Translations under genes and position numbers: made by a program
Notes under the pieces: model-generated
Told to the model about the DNA's origin: nothing
Databases searched by the model: none
The model's input: the letters and a program-made list of their open reading frames with translations, nothing else
Shown: positions 12,750 through 26,390 of the stretch, piece by piece
Numbering within the stretch: the stretch's first letter is position 1
How the letters are laid out: the number at the start of each line of letters is the position of its first letter
Source of the DNA: Octopus sinensis
Taxonomy: Eukaryota
NCBI RefSeq assembly: GCF_006345805.1
Contig: NC_043019.1
Location: 6,509,360-6,573,359 of the forward strand
Direction of reading: 5' to 3'
Length of the DNA: 64,000 bases

Positions 12750-13705
12750 TATCATTCTCTTGTAGCCTTGCCTTTATTCCGTTGTAGATTGCCTTTTGCT
12801 CATCTGTCATGTCACCATTAGCAAGCTATCACTGTTCATTTCCTGTGGTTTATTAGAGATTTCACCTGTTTTCTGCTATGAGATTACGTTTATCAGTAGG
12901 AACTGTATTTTCATCGTGTCCTCTGCTGCTTCTATCTAATACGCGTCTTTTGATAGCTTCGAGCTCTATTTCTGTGAACCAACGATTTTTTTCTTATTGC
13001 TCTAGGGAACAATCCGCTTCCTCTCCAATGATCATACATAAGTTGTAGGTATCCCCTATGATGAACACCATTTTCGTCTACGGAGTTGCTCAGGTAGTAT
13101 CACTCCATGACAACAACATTGACTTGTTTGTTCCAGCAGCGCATACCATCAAAGTGACTCTGGGGTACACTTATACGATGCCTAATATACCCATCATGAC
13201 TACCTGTCTGATAAAGGTACACCAGGCACATGCATCACAACCATATGTGCGCCACATGGTAATCTCATATCAAGATAAATAGCACATGACCTTGCAGGTG
13301 GGGGGACTAGTTAGAATTTTCTTCGGGTCGAGTAGCCCATCCCGCTCAAAAGATCCCTGAATAAGGATTGTTTAAGGATGTTGAATGAACCGCCAATGTT
13401 TCCAGAGGTGAATTATCCAAACCTCTAAGAATTCCTCTTCATGCACGGTTATGATGCTACCCCACTACTTCTGCTCGTGATCAGAGATGCACATATCGTC
13501 AGCCACTAAGGCACATGCTCAACTAGTTAAGGTCAAACAACTGACAAGCAAATTTCTGGTATTGAGCAGAATATTTGTTGTAGCCCATGTTTTATACCGA
13601 AACAAATCAATCTACATGATAACACTTGCAATCAGTTAAGACCAGAATCTATGAGGACCACTGCCTGGTACTGCATCAGGACTTTTATTATTATTATTGT
13701 TACTA

Positions 13706-13774
<69 letters not shown>

Positions 13775-13799
13775 CATCATTATCATTATTATTATTATT

Positions 13800-13950
13800 G
13801 AGGTGGTGAGCAGGTAGAATCTTCAGCACACCAGGCAAAATTCTTAGCGTCTTTATGATCTGAGTTCAAATTCCGCCGAGGTCGACTTTGTCCGTAATCG
13901 TTTCGAGGACAATTAAACAAGTGCTAGTCAAGTACAAGGGTCTACGTAGT
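13800..13950 (+). mobile_element. SINE family C, degenerate
   Basis: tctgagttcaaattccgccgaggtcgactttg core. Confidence 0.75.
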
Positions 13951-14449
13951 CGACTAATCTGCCCACCCCCACGAAAAAAAATTTTTTTTTTCAATAAATC
14001 AGGCCTTGTGCCTATAGCAGGGGTGGAATTTTATTAGTATGAGCGGCATCATCATGAGCATCATTCTGTCGAGGTCGGTCACAAAAATAGTACCAGACAG
14101 ATAATTACTGCCTTTACTGTTCCTGGTATTTGTGTTGTTGTTAATATTGTCGCTGCAACTTTTTGTTGTTATTGTTGACGGTCTTGCTGTTGTTGCTACG
14201 ATTGATGTTGATGCTGATGATATTGCTGCTGCGATTTTTGTTTCTGTGGTGATTATTATTGTTATTGCTGCATCTGCTACTGTTGTTGTTGTTGTTGTTG
14301 TTGTTGTTCTTGTTGTTGCTACTGTTATTGTTGTTTCTGTTATTGTTGTTGTTGTTGTTGTTGTTCTTGTTCTTGTTTGTTGTGGCTTCTCATATTTCTT
14401 TTTTTTTTTTTGGCTGAAAATTTTGTCTGGGAAACACGACCTTTCCCTC

Positions 14450-14803
14450 TACAAATACACACACACACACACACAGACACACATATATATAAACACGCAC
14501 CTAGATATGCACACAACGCACAACACACACACATGAAATTTACGCACTCACCTAGACACAAAAACACAAGCACACACACACACACACACACACACACGCA
14601 TACTGATACGTCTTTCCAACACCCAGCTCACTCGCGCATCCATGCTCATACACACATACAAACATACATACACATTTTTGACTATCACCTAATTAATTTA
14701 CATACACACATATAGAGGTACACACGACACACACACACACATTTGTACATACACGTCTATCTACCAGCCAGGTTATTCACATGCAAGATCACATACAGAC
14801 CAC

Positions 14804-14838
<35 letters not shown>

Positions 14839-14957
14839 CACAAACACACCACACACACACACAAACACACACATACACACACAAACACACACACAACACA
14901 CACAAACACACACACAAACACACCACACACACACACAAACACACACACACACAAACA

Positions 14958-15010
<53 letters not shown>

Positions 15011-15390
15011 CAAACCACACACACAACACACAAACACACACACACACAAACACCACCCCACACACACACACACGCACTACTCCTCCCGCATTACACGCAC
15101 ATTCACCCCTCTACAACCTACTTCGTTCCCATACACACATTAAGACAGACACAATAATAATACACGCACTTAGACACACGGAAAATTTTACACACACACA
15201 CACACATGTACACACACACACATGTACACACACATGCACAAACTTAAACATCGCACGCATAAACACATACATATACAGGCTCTGTTTGCTAACCAATTAA
15301 TTCACGCACACACAGATACAGACGTAGAGACATGCACAGCACACACACACACACACACATACACACATCACCCTGCAGATCTACCTCAGA
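14450..15390. repeat. (CA)n / (CACAAA)n compound microsatellite
   Basis: Directly visible. Confidence 0.95.
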
Positions 15391-15900
15391 ACAAGCTGAA
15401 GCCCAGCGGCGGCTCTCAATGTCATAAAATGTAGTCAAGTGATTTGCCATTATTTATAAACGCAATTAAGACTGCATAAAGTCAATGAGTTGTGCGTTGC
15501 TTGTTATGAGGAGAATATCGGATAGAAGGACTGGTGATGGTGGCGGCGGTGGTGGTTTTGGTGCGGGTGGCGCCGGTGCCGGTGCTGGTGCTGGTGGTGC
15601 TGGTGTTAACTGTGGTGGTTGTGTCGTATTGGCGGTTTTAGTGGTGGTGGTTGTGGCGGTGGTGGTGGTGAATGAAGGAGGTGAATACCTGCTTTTTTTT
15701 TAAAAAAACAATAATAACAACAGCAACAGCCACAAAAATAACAACAACAATAACAAGAAAAACAACAACAACAAATGCAGCAACATCATCATCAACAACA
15801 ACAATAACAATAATTTATAATAATAATAATAATATTGATAATAATAATAGTAGTAGTAATATTAATAAAAATTATAATGATAATAATAATAGTAGTAGTA

Positions 15901-15957
<57 letters not shown>

Positions 15958-16264
15958 GTATTAATAATAGTAATAATAATAATAATAACAACGGTATTAA
16001 TAATAGCAATAAAAATGATAAATAACAAAAATGATGATCACGATGATGATTATGATGATGATGATGATATTTTTTTTATTCACTACTGAAGGTTTTTTTT
16101 AATAAAAAATCGGGATGGCACAGGAAAACACAGCACAGAATGAGTTAGATTTGATCGCGTAAAAAGATGATAGCAAAAATTCCTCAATAAATCCTCAAAA
16201 GGGGGAAGCTTCCAAGGGCTGCTCGTGGAAGCCCCACAAAAATGTGGCCCATTTCTGGGTGAGA

Positions 16265-16760
16265 TTGTCACTTCGTCACCTCGTCCCTGTTCTTCTCCAC
16301 CTAGAGGTCTAGACCAAATCAGACCCCGAGCAATTTAACTGGTCCCTCTGTCCAGCGTCCCATGACGTGATTGAACGGCATGGACCTGCCTCTCCAGGTA
16401 ACGAGCTGCAGGCCCTCCGACTTTTCTTGGTTAATTTTTGCTCCTGTCAACGCCTCGTATTCTCTTAAAGCCATGCTGACCAGGTCTATGTGCCTCCAGT
16501 TTGACACTATGACGATGACGTATGGTGACTCGGTTTTGCCGTGTCCTAGTTCGCGCGGGATGCCCCTCAACGCAACCAATTTCCGCAGTAAGGCTCAAGA
16601 GCTAGCACATAAAGAAGGAACGACAGGGAACACGCTTTACTGATAGAACGCATGAATTTGAATGGTTCTCCGGAACGACCGAGTACACAACCCTGTACAT
16701 TGCAGCTAACCAGCTACGGAAAACGAGACCGAAAGCGGCCCTCGTGAGAATCTTTTTGGG
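16265..16760 (-). mobile_element. L1/Tx1-clade LINE reverse transcriptase fragment
   Basis: LYVLALEPLLRKL, then VIVS..RHIDLVSMALREYEALTGAKINQEKSEGLQL.TWRG..MP...GRWTEGPVKLLGVWFG; the YADD region is eroded. Confidence 0.8.
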
Positions 16761-16964
16761 GGCAAAATAAAATTTAAAAAACACCAAAATAACCCCCAAG
16801 AGCTACAAATGGAGAACAACTAACCAGCTCCATAAGATCCTGGTTAATTATATAACTATAACATATTTACACTGCATAACAATGTGCGGCAATAAAAATA
16901 GCAACAAACTTAGAGGAGTGATGGGCAACACGTGTCGATAGACGAGCAACAACAACAACAAAAA

Positions 16965-17179
16965 TGGTTTCAAATTTTGACGCAGGGGCAGAAATTTGGG
17001 GGAAGAGGATGAGTTGATTACATCGATCCAAATGAAATACTTGTACTTACTTTATCGACCCCGAAAGGATGAAAGGCAATGTCGACCTCGGCGGAATTTG
17101 ACCTTAGAACGTAGTGACGGGTAGAAAATACCGATAATCACTTCATCCACCGTGCTAACGATTCTGGCAGCTCACTGCC

Positions 17180-17180
<1 letters not shown>
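16965..17180 (-). mobile_element. SINE family C
   Basis: tttatcgaccccgaaaggatgaaaggcaatgtcgacctcggcggaatttga. Confidence 0.85.
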
Positions 17181-17243
<63 letters not shown>

Positions 17244-17390
17244 TAATAATAATAATGATGATGATGATGATGATGATAATGATGATGATAATGATGATGA
17301 TAATGATGATGATATCGATGATGATAATGAAAATGATAATGATGATGATGATAATGATGATGATGATGATGATAATGATGATGATGATAC

Positions 17391-17439
<49 letters not shown>

Positions 17440-17904
17440 ATGATGATAATAATGTAATAATAATAATAATGATCAGAAGAAGAAGACGAAGAAGAAGAAG
17501 AAGAAGAAGAAGAAGAAGAAGGAGGAGGAGGAGGAGGAGGAGGAGAAGAAGGAGAAGGAGAAGGAGAAGGATAAGGAGGAAGAGGAGCAGGAGGAAGATG
17601 GTGATCGTGGTGAGGAAGGAGAATTATGATAAAAAATATTTATATTTTGTGGGGCAGAGGAGAAAAACCATGATATTACATAACAGGATAAAACAAAACA
17701 GCAAATAAATGAAACAAAAATAAATGAATAACTAAATTAGTAAATCGCGATTTTAAAAAAAAAGCTGAATTATCGATAATATATCGATCACATGACAAAA
17801 TCATAAAGAATACATGTCAGTCAGTTTGATTGCAAAGCTAAGCACTGTTGTTGTCCTGGTTGTTATTGTTGTTGTTGTTGTTGGTATAGGTAAATCGATG
17901 ATGA

Positions 17905-17938
<34 letters not shown>

Positions 17939-18640
17939 GGTGGTGGTGTGGTGGTGGTGGTAGTGGTGGTTGTGGTGGTGATGATGATGATGATGATGGT
18001 GATGGTGATGGCGGTGGTGGTGGTGGTGATGATGATTATGATGATGATGATGATGGTGATGATGATGGTGGTGGTGGTGGTGGTGGTGGTTATGGTGGTG
18101 ATGATGATGATGATGATGATGGTGATGGTGATGGTGGTGGTGGTGGTGGTGATGATGATGATGGTGGTGGTGGTAGAGGTGATGATGATGATGATGATGG
18201 TGATGGTGATGGCGGTGGTGGTGGTGGTGATGATGATTATGATGATGATGATGATGGTGATGATGATGGTGGTGGTGGTGGTGGTGGTGGTTATGGTGGT
18301 GGTGGTGGTAGAGGTGATGATGATGATGATGATGGTGATGGTGATGGTGGTGGTGGTGGTGGTGATGATGATGATGGTGGTGGTGGTAGAGGTGATGATG
18401 ATGATGATGGTGATGGTGATGGTGGTGGTGGTGGTGGTGATGATGATGATGGTGGTGGTGGTAGAGGTGATGATGATGATTGTGATGGTGATGGTGATGG
18501 TGGTGGTGGTGGTAGAAGTGATGATGATGATGATAATGATGATGATGGTGGTGGTGGTGGTGGTGGTGGTTATGATGATGATGATGATGATGATGATGAC
18601 GATGATGATGGTGGTGGTGATGGTGGAGTTGATGATCATG
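17180..18640. repeat. (AAT)/(GAT)/(GAA)/(GGA) and (GAT/GGT) microsatellite blocks with higher-order structure
   Basis: Directly visible; gcggtggtggtggtgatgatgattatg recurs at 18011 and 18212; ggtaga(g/a)gtgatg recurs several times. Confidence 0.9.
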
Positions 18641-18886
18641 GTGATATTATGTGTTGCTTTTTTGTCGTTGTAGTTATTAGTGTTGTTGGTGATGTTGCTG
18701 TTACGTAACGTTATTGCTCCGCCTCTTTAGCTTTTATGGGGCATGTGATGGATTCACTGTTGTTTTTGACTGCATTGTTATTATTTAAAGGTATTATTGA
18801 CGATTTCTCTCTAACGACGGACAGATAACACAGCAGCAAAATTACCAGGATATGCGTATGTGTATTTATATATATATAAATACACA

Positions 18887-19304
18887 GGCGCAGGAGTGGC
18901 TGTGTGGTAAGTAGCTTGCTAACCAACCACATGGTTCCGGGTTCAGTCCCACTGCGTGGCATCTTGGGCAAGTGACTTCTGCTATAGCACCGGACAGACC
19001 AATGCCTTGTGAGTGGATTTGGTAGACGGAAACTGAAAGAAGCCTGTCGTATATATGTATATATATATATAAGTGTCTGTCTATATGTTTGTGTGACTGT
19101 GTTTGTCCCCCTAGCATTGCTTGATAACCGATGCTGGTGTGTGTACGTCCCCGTCACCTAGCGGTTCGGCAAAAGAGACCGATAGAATAAGTACTGGGCT
19201 TACAAAGAATAAGTCCCGGGGTCGATTTGCTCGACTAAAGGCGGTGCTCCAGCATGGCCGCAGTCAAATGACTGAAACAAGTAAAAGAGTAAAAGAGTAA
19301 AGAG
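18887..19304 (+). mobile_element. SINE family B (CORE-like, internal TA/TG microsatellite, (gtaaaaga)n tail)
   Basis: ggcgcaggagtggctgtgtggtaagtagc head through tgactgaaacaagtaaaagagtaaaagag tail; near-identical to 38391 and 57749. Confidence 0.92.
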
Positions 19305-19310
19305 TATATA

Positions 19311-19341
<31 letters not shown>

Positions 19342-19911
19342 GGTAAGGGTAGAAAATTTAGAGAGATTTTCATACCGGTGGCCAGTATGCGTAATAAAGT
19401 CAATAGACAACATGTTCTCATATAAAATAGTGTACATACAATTCAATGTATTTATACACAAAAGTGGTGACCTTTTAACAGGACACGTTACATGCTGGAA
19501 AGGGTAGTTGAAGCCCGATGTCCAAAGACTGAAGAGAAAGAACACATAATAAAAGCAGCTACTCTTTACAGACTCTGAGAATACACCATTGAAATGTAGT
19601 TGCTTCTTATTACTTTAAATCTCAGATTTTTGTTTGTATTTTGTTTTGCATTTTGGGATTTTTGCAAATCTCTCGTACACTCGTGTGATTTTTGTTTTTC
19701 TTTTGCATACCCCCAGAGATTTGCGTACCCTCAGAGATTCGCGTACGCTAGCATGCTTGAGAAGTCTCACTTTCCAGTTTCCCACCTATCAAACTTAGAG
19801 GCAATACGCATGTATAAAGGTTGCAGCGTTCAAAACAGGCTTTTAAACCAATCGGGAATATATGTTACATAAACCTTATACAAGTGAAGAAAGAGACGGA
19901 AACCATATGTT

Positions 19912-20140
19912 GACCCTGGTGCCGCCGCCCGAAATTCAGAGAAGAGAAAACTCAATAAATACAGGGGGCTGACCGGCCGCTATCAGTTTGTGTCGGTTGC
20001 CATCGAGAGAACAGGTGTTCTGAGACCCTGTACTACCGATTTCCTACGAAAATATGGATAATGGGTGCCTGTCAAAGTGACTGCTGCAGCGGGTGCCACT
20101 AGCCATTCTCCGCGGCAACGCCATCGTGGTCATTACCCCG
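19912..20140 (+). mobile_element. CRE-clade (RLE) LINE 3' fragment
   Basis: DPGAAARNSEKRKLNKYRGLTGRYQFVSVAIERTGVL...FLRK, then AILRGNA, matching the A.E..K..KY..L...Y.F.P.A.ET.G and RGNA motifs of CRE elements. Confidence 0.7.
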
Positions 20141-20867
20141 AGGCGCAGCTGAGTAGCCCACTTGTTCTGGGTTGTGTGGCCCATCGTCCCCTCCTCATCC
20201 ATTTTTTTCTTCTTTCTTCTTTTCTTCCTTTTCGTTTCTCGTCTCTCTCCCTTCCTGCTTCTTTGTGACTCTTTCAAATGTATCACTTTCTTCGAATAAA
20301 CAGATTTCTTTAGTCCACTGTTTTGAACTTGTGTCAATAACTATTTCCAATTCCATCCCTATTCAAAGATAGATATTCCAACATCTCTTCATGCCTGGCG
20401 TTAACGTTTTTAACTAATCAGGCTGGATATATTGACATATTAAATCTAACAAGTGGGCTGGAAGGGTAATCAGCCATGTATTTTTATATGGACAACGACC
20501 TCAAGTTATACAGAATAGAGGAGAGCTACTTGGATTGTTTGTCACAGACAGCGCAGGAATGTAGCAGAGGAATTGATGTGAGAATGGAAACAAATCAACC
20601 TCGAAGAAAGGAAATTTAATAAAGACCAACTAATGCCATGGTCTTTATAGAAATAGAGATAAGAGAATTAGACTAAACACAGGCTTAACAGACTTTAAAA
20701 TGCTTGGAAATGTACGAAGATACATACACACATCAGACATATATGAATGAAAGGATGAGAAAGAAACGTTACGTTGGCATTAGATTAGGAAGGAGAAGAA
20801 GAAGACAATGAAGAAGAAGAAGACGAAGAAGAAAAAGAAGAAGAAGAAGAAGAAGAAGAAGAAGAAG

Positions 20868-20898
<31 letters not shown>

Positions 20899-21229
20899 TG
20901 AAAGTAATGGGCACCAATACTCCAGCTGTCAAAGTAATGTTATGGTTATAGGATTCTGTCAAATGGACGCTGAAGGAATTAGACTGGAAAAGATAGCTTA
21001 GAAGAAACAGGAAAGAGATTGCATTTAGAATACACCATTCGTCGCAGAAAAATTATATTTAAGCGTAGAGAAATGTCGGAGCCTTAATAACCTGGAAAAC
21101 AATTATTATAAAATGTCTACTGTAAGATTACAGTAATATCTAATAAAGAAAATAATGGAAAGCTAATACGAATATTCACGTAAATTGTTTTCTATCTTCG
21201 TGAAATCTGATAGATTTATAAGAAAGGAT

Positions 21230-21583
21230 GAAGTAAGGGGAGACAACAACAAGTGATAAAAAGAGACTATAAAAAGTTCAGGTTTGCAGTGTCACATGAC
21301 AGAGCGGATATCAAAGAAAGTGGAAACAAAAATTGATATTTGGAGCTCGCGGGATGGATGAAGAGACTGTGGAAGACGAAGACGACAATTATGCCTTGGG
21401 TAACTGTTGCACTTAGCGCAATATCGAACCTGCTACCAAAGAAGTAGCGGACATATTAGAACTGGGATTCGAATTGTCAGCCTGCAGAAAATTTGTACAA
21501 TCCGGCAGCCTGCATGAAGCCTAAGAAAGATGTAGGATATTTAAGGGGTTTTGTTCTCACCAAACTCAAGACAGTATTCCGAG

Positions 21584-21585
<2 letters not shown>
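21230..21585 (+). mobile_element. Degenerate Dong-like LINE 3' fragment
   Basis: YLELAGWMKRLWKTKTTIMPWVTVALSAI; ends at (TAA)n 21586-21700. Confidence 0.6.
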
Positions 21586-21643
<58 letters not shown>

Positions 21644-21657
21644 TGATAATAATAATA

Positions 21658-21699
<42 letters not shown>

Positions 21700-21701
<2 letters not shown>

Positions 21702-22240
21702 TCTACAATAGCTTAACTGGACAGGACATAAATGAACTAACTAAAATAGACAGGAAAAGAAGAAAAATAATGACAGGATCTAGGATGCAAAATCTGACAT
21801 AGAAAGGCTACATATCCAACATATGGAAGGTGGTAGAGGTCTTATGCATCTAGAAAACTGTTATAAAATAACCACCATAGGACTGCAAAAATATCTCCTT
21901 CAGAAGCAAGGAAAACTGATACAAAAAGCCGCAAGACACGAGCAAAACAAAAAGCTGTTCTCAGTATTTAAGGAAACTGACAAATACAAACATGTTGTCT
22001 CCATGTGTAGTCTTCTTGCGCCTACAGAGTATTTCCACCGGCATGATAGAGCAGCACCCTGGTAATTTGCAGAAAACTGGATTTGCTCCATGATAAAGAC
22101 TGGTGGGAACACACACCACCTTCAGTGCTTGAAAATAATCTCATCTCACTCCTCTGGAACTTCACCATTCAAGCTGACAGAAAGATAGATGCGAATAGGC
22201 CAGACATTATATTGAAAGACTTCAATCAAAATCGTGTCTC
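21700..22240 (+). mobile_element. Dong-like LINE internal fragment with deletion
   Basis: KSDIERLHIQ.MEGGRGLMHLENCYKITTIGLQKY, then the LLWNFTIQADRKIDANRPDIILKD RLE motif; follows (TAA)n. Confidence 0.8.
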
Positions 22241-22750
22241 TGGGCGGCACAGACTCTAGGTATACTAGTGTACATAGGATTTCTTCAAATATATGTATAG
22301 AACAATGACCAAGGAAAGATGAAGTAAAAGGGAAACTACGCCAAAAAGGACGCGATTAGACGTTCATAGGAGAGAGATTTGAAAGTTGAAATTTGTAAAA
22401 GTAGAAATTTCAAATATGACAATAATCTAAAAGTGGAAATGATTGGAAATAAAATCGATGAAGGGACCTGAACATGGAACAACAAACGAACCAAGCCATC
22501 AGCAATGCCTCTGCCACACGGCTAACCAGTAAATATAAAATGCATAGTTAAGTCACGATAGAATTATTGAAAACAGATAACGAACATCAATATTGCAAGG
22601 TTAACAGCAATAATCTGTGAACAGGTCGTATATGTCACATAAGCAGGTGATAGTAGAGGAGGTAGGCGGTCTACGGTCTACGGTCTGCTAGAAATCGCAG
22701 TTAAATTTGTCTCATATAATGCATAACAAAAAAGGTGGTAGTATATATTA

Positions 22751-23136
22751 GGAGGCGCAATGGCCCAGTGGTTAGGGCAGCGGACTCGCGGTCATAGGAT
22801 CGCGGTTTCGATTCCCAGACCGGGCTTTGTGAGTGTTTATTGAGCGAAAACACCTAAAGCTCCACGAGGCTCCGGCAGGGGATGGTGGTGATCCCTCCTG
22901 TACTCTTTCACCACAACTTTCTCTCACTCTTACTGCCTGTTTCTGTTGTACCTGTATTTCAAAGGGCCGGCCTTGTCACTCTCTGTGTCACGCTGAATAT
23001 CTCCGAGGACTACGTTAAGGGTACACGTGCCTGTGGAGTGCTCAGCCACTTACACGTTAATTTCACGAGCAGGCTGTTCCGTTGATTCGGATCAACCGGA
23101 ACCCTCGTCGTCGTAACCGACGGAGTGCTTCCATCC
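22751..23136 (+). mobile_element. SINE family A, TSD of about 11 bp
   Basis: Full-length; agtatatatta at 22740-22750 and 23137-23147. Confidence 0.95.
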
Positions 23137-23150
23137 AGTATATATTAGAT

Positions 23151-23200
23151 CAGTGGTTCCCAACCTGGAATTCGCGGATCTCTTGTGGTCTGCTTAGGAA
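23151..23200 (+). mobile_element. Possible hAT (Charlie-like) terminal inverted repeat fragment
   Basis: cagtggttcccaacctg resembles Charlie-type TIRs; no partner end found. Confidence 0.35.
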
Positions 23201-23631
23201 GCAAGGTTCTTACCACACAGCCGCTAATGATCCAATGTAACAGTAGGACTCCATGCGACCTAAAACAGAACGTTCAGCTTGAGAAAGTAAACAATGCACA
23301 CATCGTTTTTGTGATCCTCCATCTTTAAGTCAGTATGTAAGTAATACGTTACAGAGGAGGGGAGATGGGTTGATAACCAGTTGTGTATGTGTGTGTGTGT
23401 GTGTGTAAAGAATCATTACGGGCTAACCACAAATGGTCTGGGGAAATGTGTTAGAAGTATACAAAAATAAACTAATTAGTGGAATAGAGTATCATAAGGG
23501 AAATCTCTCTCTCTCTATCTTTCTCTCTCTCTCTATCTTTCTCTCCCTCTCTATCTTTCTCTCTCTCTTATACAACTATGTGTGCGTGCCCGTGTATGTG
23601 TACATGCGTGTGTGTGTGTATCTGTGAGTAA

Positions 23632-23666
<35 letters not shown>

Positions 23667-23685
23667 ATATACACATATATATGTA

Positions 23686-23734
<49 letters not shown>

Positions 23735-24790
23735 CATATATATATAGATATATATATATTATATATTATATACATATATAATATATATATATATATAATA
23801 TATATATAGATGTATATATATATATATACATATATATATAGATATATATAGATATAGATATATATATGTTTGTATGTATATATATATATATATGAATGCA
23901 TGCATGTGAGCATGTATTTTCCTATGTAAAACGAAATGTGGAAGTACAATCTAGTTGCTGATTACACGGTAAGACTTTAAAGTAAGGTAATGTTTAGATA
24001 AGGTGAAAGCAACAGCAAAAGTAGAAATGAAATACTGGAACACGGAAGATAGAAATCAAAGCCGTTCCACAGCAGAAATTAAAGAAATAATGGCGTCGTC
24101 GGCGTGGGGGTTTGTCTTTATGGTCACCGACTGGGGGAGGAAAACAAGTGATTTGATATGATATGTAAGCCAAAAATGACTCGCGAGATCAGAACCAGTG
24201 ACATAAATAGAGTCTGATAAACAAATTACTTAGCGTTGCACATAGTACGATATAAACAGTCAGTCATAGTGAAACAAGCACGACCATGTCGTTAGAAAGT
24301 TAGTTTAGTTAACTTTGTAGCCATGTTAGTTTTATTTCAGCGTCGTTGCGTTGATCAGGTGAAGTGATCGACGAGAAAGTCTATCGGAGTAATTTTGTAG
24401 ACAGAATTCTCACAAATTCACAAACACATGCAACGCATTTACACATACATATTTATACATACGTATATACAACACATATTATATATAATATATTATATAT
24501 ATATGTGTGTGTTGTATGTATATATGTACATATATATATATATTATATATATATATATATATACATAATAATAATAATTATTATTATTATATGTTTGACT
24601 TTTGCTTTAGATTTGCACAAGTTGGCTCCAAGTTTCACCCAGAGACCTCAAGAGACAACAAGTTGGAAGTTCGTGTTGGTGTTATCCCTAGGATGCCATA
24701 TATTTGGTTTTGTACTTAGTGTTGTATTAGTGAATGCCTAAAAAACCATACGAAAATTATGTTTGTTTTAAAACTTGGAGACTACAAAGA

Positions 24791-24836
<46 letters not shown>

Positions 24837-25619
24837 AATTTTGGGATTTTACCAATAGTAGGACCACAACTTCAATTTCAGGACAACCTTATTTTCTGTA
24901 GTACACATAGTAAGTTATATCCAAAGTACTAATCTAATAATATAATCATTTTAAATCCTACTATATCGTACCATAAAATAAAGTACATTATAATTTATTA
25001 AAAATTATATAAACACATTTACACCTTACCTGTTATTAGTCTATTGGGAAAGAAAATAATATTAATTAACACTACAAGTGATTCTGCGCTATATTGCAAA
25101 ATAGCTTCTTTATTGCAGGTAGATTTGAAATAACCCATATAGAAGAGAACATACGCGCACGCGCGTGTATACACGAGGAGCTCGAGAGATAGTTTCCTTC
25201 AAGGAAATTTTGCTCACAAGTCATTTTTCAAACCGAGGAGGTTTGTCAAACGATCGCATAGAAGATTCGACTCCGAAACCATGAAGCTTGCATCAACAAC
25301 AGAAATGATATTAAACTAATGCTTAAAAAAAACTTTTTCACACAATCAAAATAATAACCCTACTAGAGAAATAATATACGTTCCAGGCAAGAACCACTTT
25401 TCACTTCAATAAACACAATTCACTCCAATCAACGTCCAGTGCTATATAAAAGCTTTCAGAACAATTTCCCGCCCCGCTAACTCTGTACCACTCTTTCTTT
25501 CTCTATATCTTTCTCTCCTCTCTCTCTCTCCTCTCTCACACACCAGGTTTCACAAGTAAGTTTGACAGTTTTTATGACATTCCAGCTAAAAGATATGCAA
25601 TTTATTTTTATGTAGTAAA

Positions 25620-25790
25620 TATTTGATGAACATATCCTGTCAAGGTATTTTGAAGACATTACTTGCTCTCGCCATGTCCGCTCATTCTGTTATCATCTAC
25701 GTCGTTGTTTTTTCTTTTACCTATACAATTTCCAAGATATATGAATTGGCATGCTTCCTAGATGTTGCTGTCTTGCTCTATCGTATTCAT
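25620..25790 (-). mobile_element. LINE RT C-terminal relic (RTE-like)
   Basis: QFIYLGNCI...DVDD.RM..MARASNVFK resembles F.YLG..I...DI..RI..A..AF. Confidence 0.5.
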
Positions 25791-26118
25791 ATTCCTGACT
25801 TTCAGAGAGTTTTCGAGGATGTTTATTGTCACCAAACTGTCGTTATTTTTTATTCAACTGTGTATTTATTTATCATCAATCTTTTTTCCTTTTTTTTATT
25901 TTTGTCATATATTCTGTCGTGTCTGAAATCACGTCCTTATTTTCCTAAGCATAATGAATATATTTTTTTAAAATTCATTCCTTACTGCACAATAATGTTT
26001 TCATATGTGCGTGTGTCTGTCTGTCTGTCTCTCTCTCTATATATTTATTATGTATGTATATATGTGTGTGGTGTGTATCTATGTGCGTATGCATATATAT
26101 GTATATATATATATATAC

Positions 26119-26164
<46 letters not shown>

Positions 26165-26204
26165 TATTAGATATTAGATATCCTTATGTTCACACCAACA
26201 TACA

Positions 26205-26390
26205 CATATATTTACCTTCGAAACACGCATTGAGTCGAACCAGGGGCAGCTGATGAAGGGGAATTTTCCTTGTATAGTTTGTCTTGTACTCTGCTTTTTC
26301 GTTGTTAAAAAAAGGTCCGTTTCCTTGTTTGATTTTATGTTTTCGTTTCTCGTTGTATTCTACGTTTGTTTGCGGTGTCCTGTACTCATA
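26205..26390 (+). mobile_element. (TA)n-flanked short repeat with permuted hammerhead-like relic
   Basis: ccttcGAAACac...gaGTC...cagCTGATGAagggg at 26212-26264, embedded in TA-rich repeats. Confidence 0.35.

Larger units (their letters stand above)
11523..13683 (-). mobile_element. 5' half of a Dong/R4-like LINE (5' UTR plus ORF N-terminus) with two nested SINEs
   Basis: 5' end cctgatgcagtaccaggcagtgg at 13680 next to (TAA)n; peptides [73 protein letters not shown] and FWSDIW are typical of the Dong ORF N-terminus. Confidence 0.8.

Noticed and set aside
13560-13683. HDV-like ribozyme at the Dong 5' end
   Set aside because: Plausible for this LINE clade, but the P1-P4 nested pseudoknot could not be assigned by eye.
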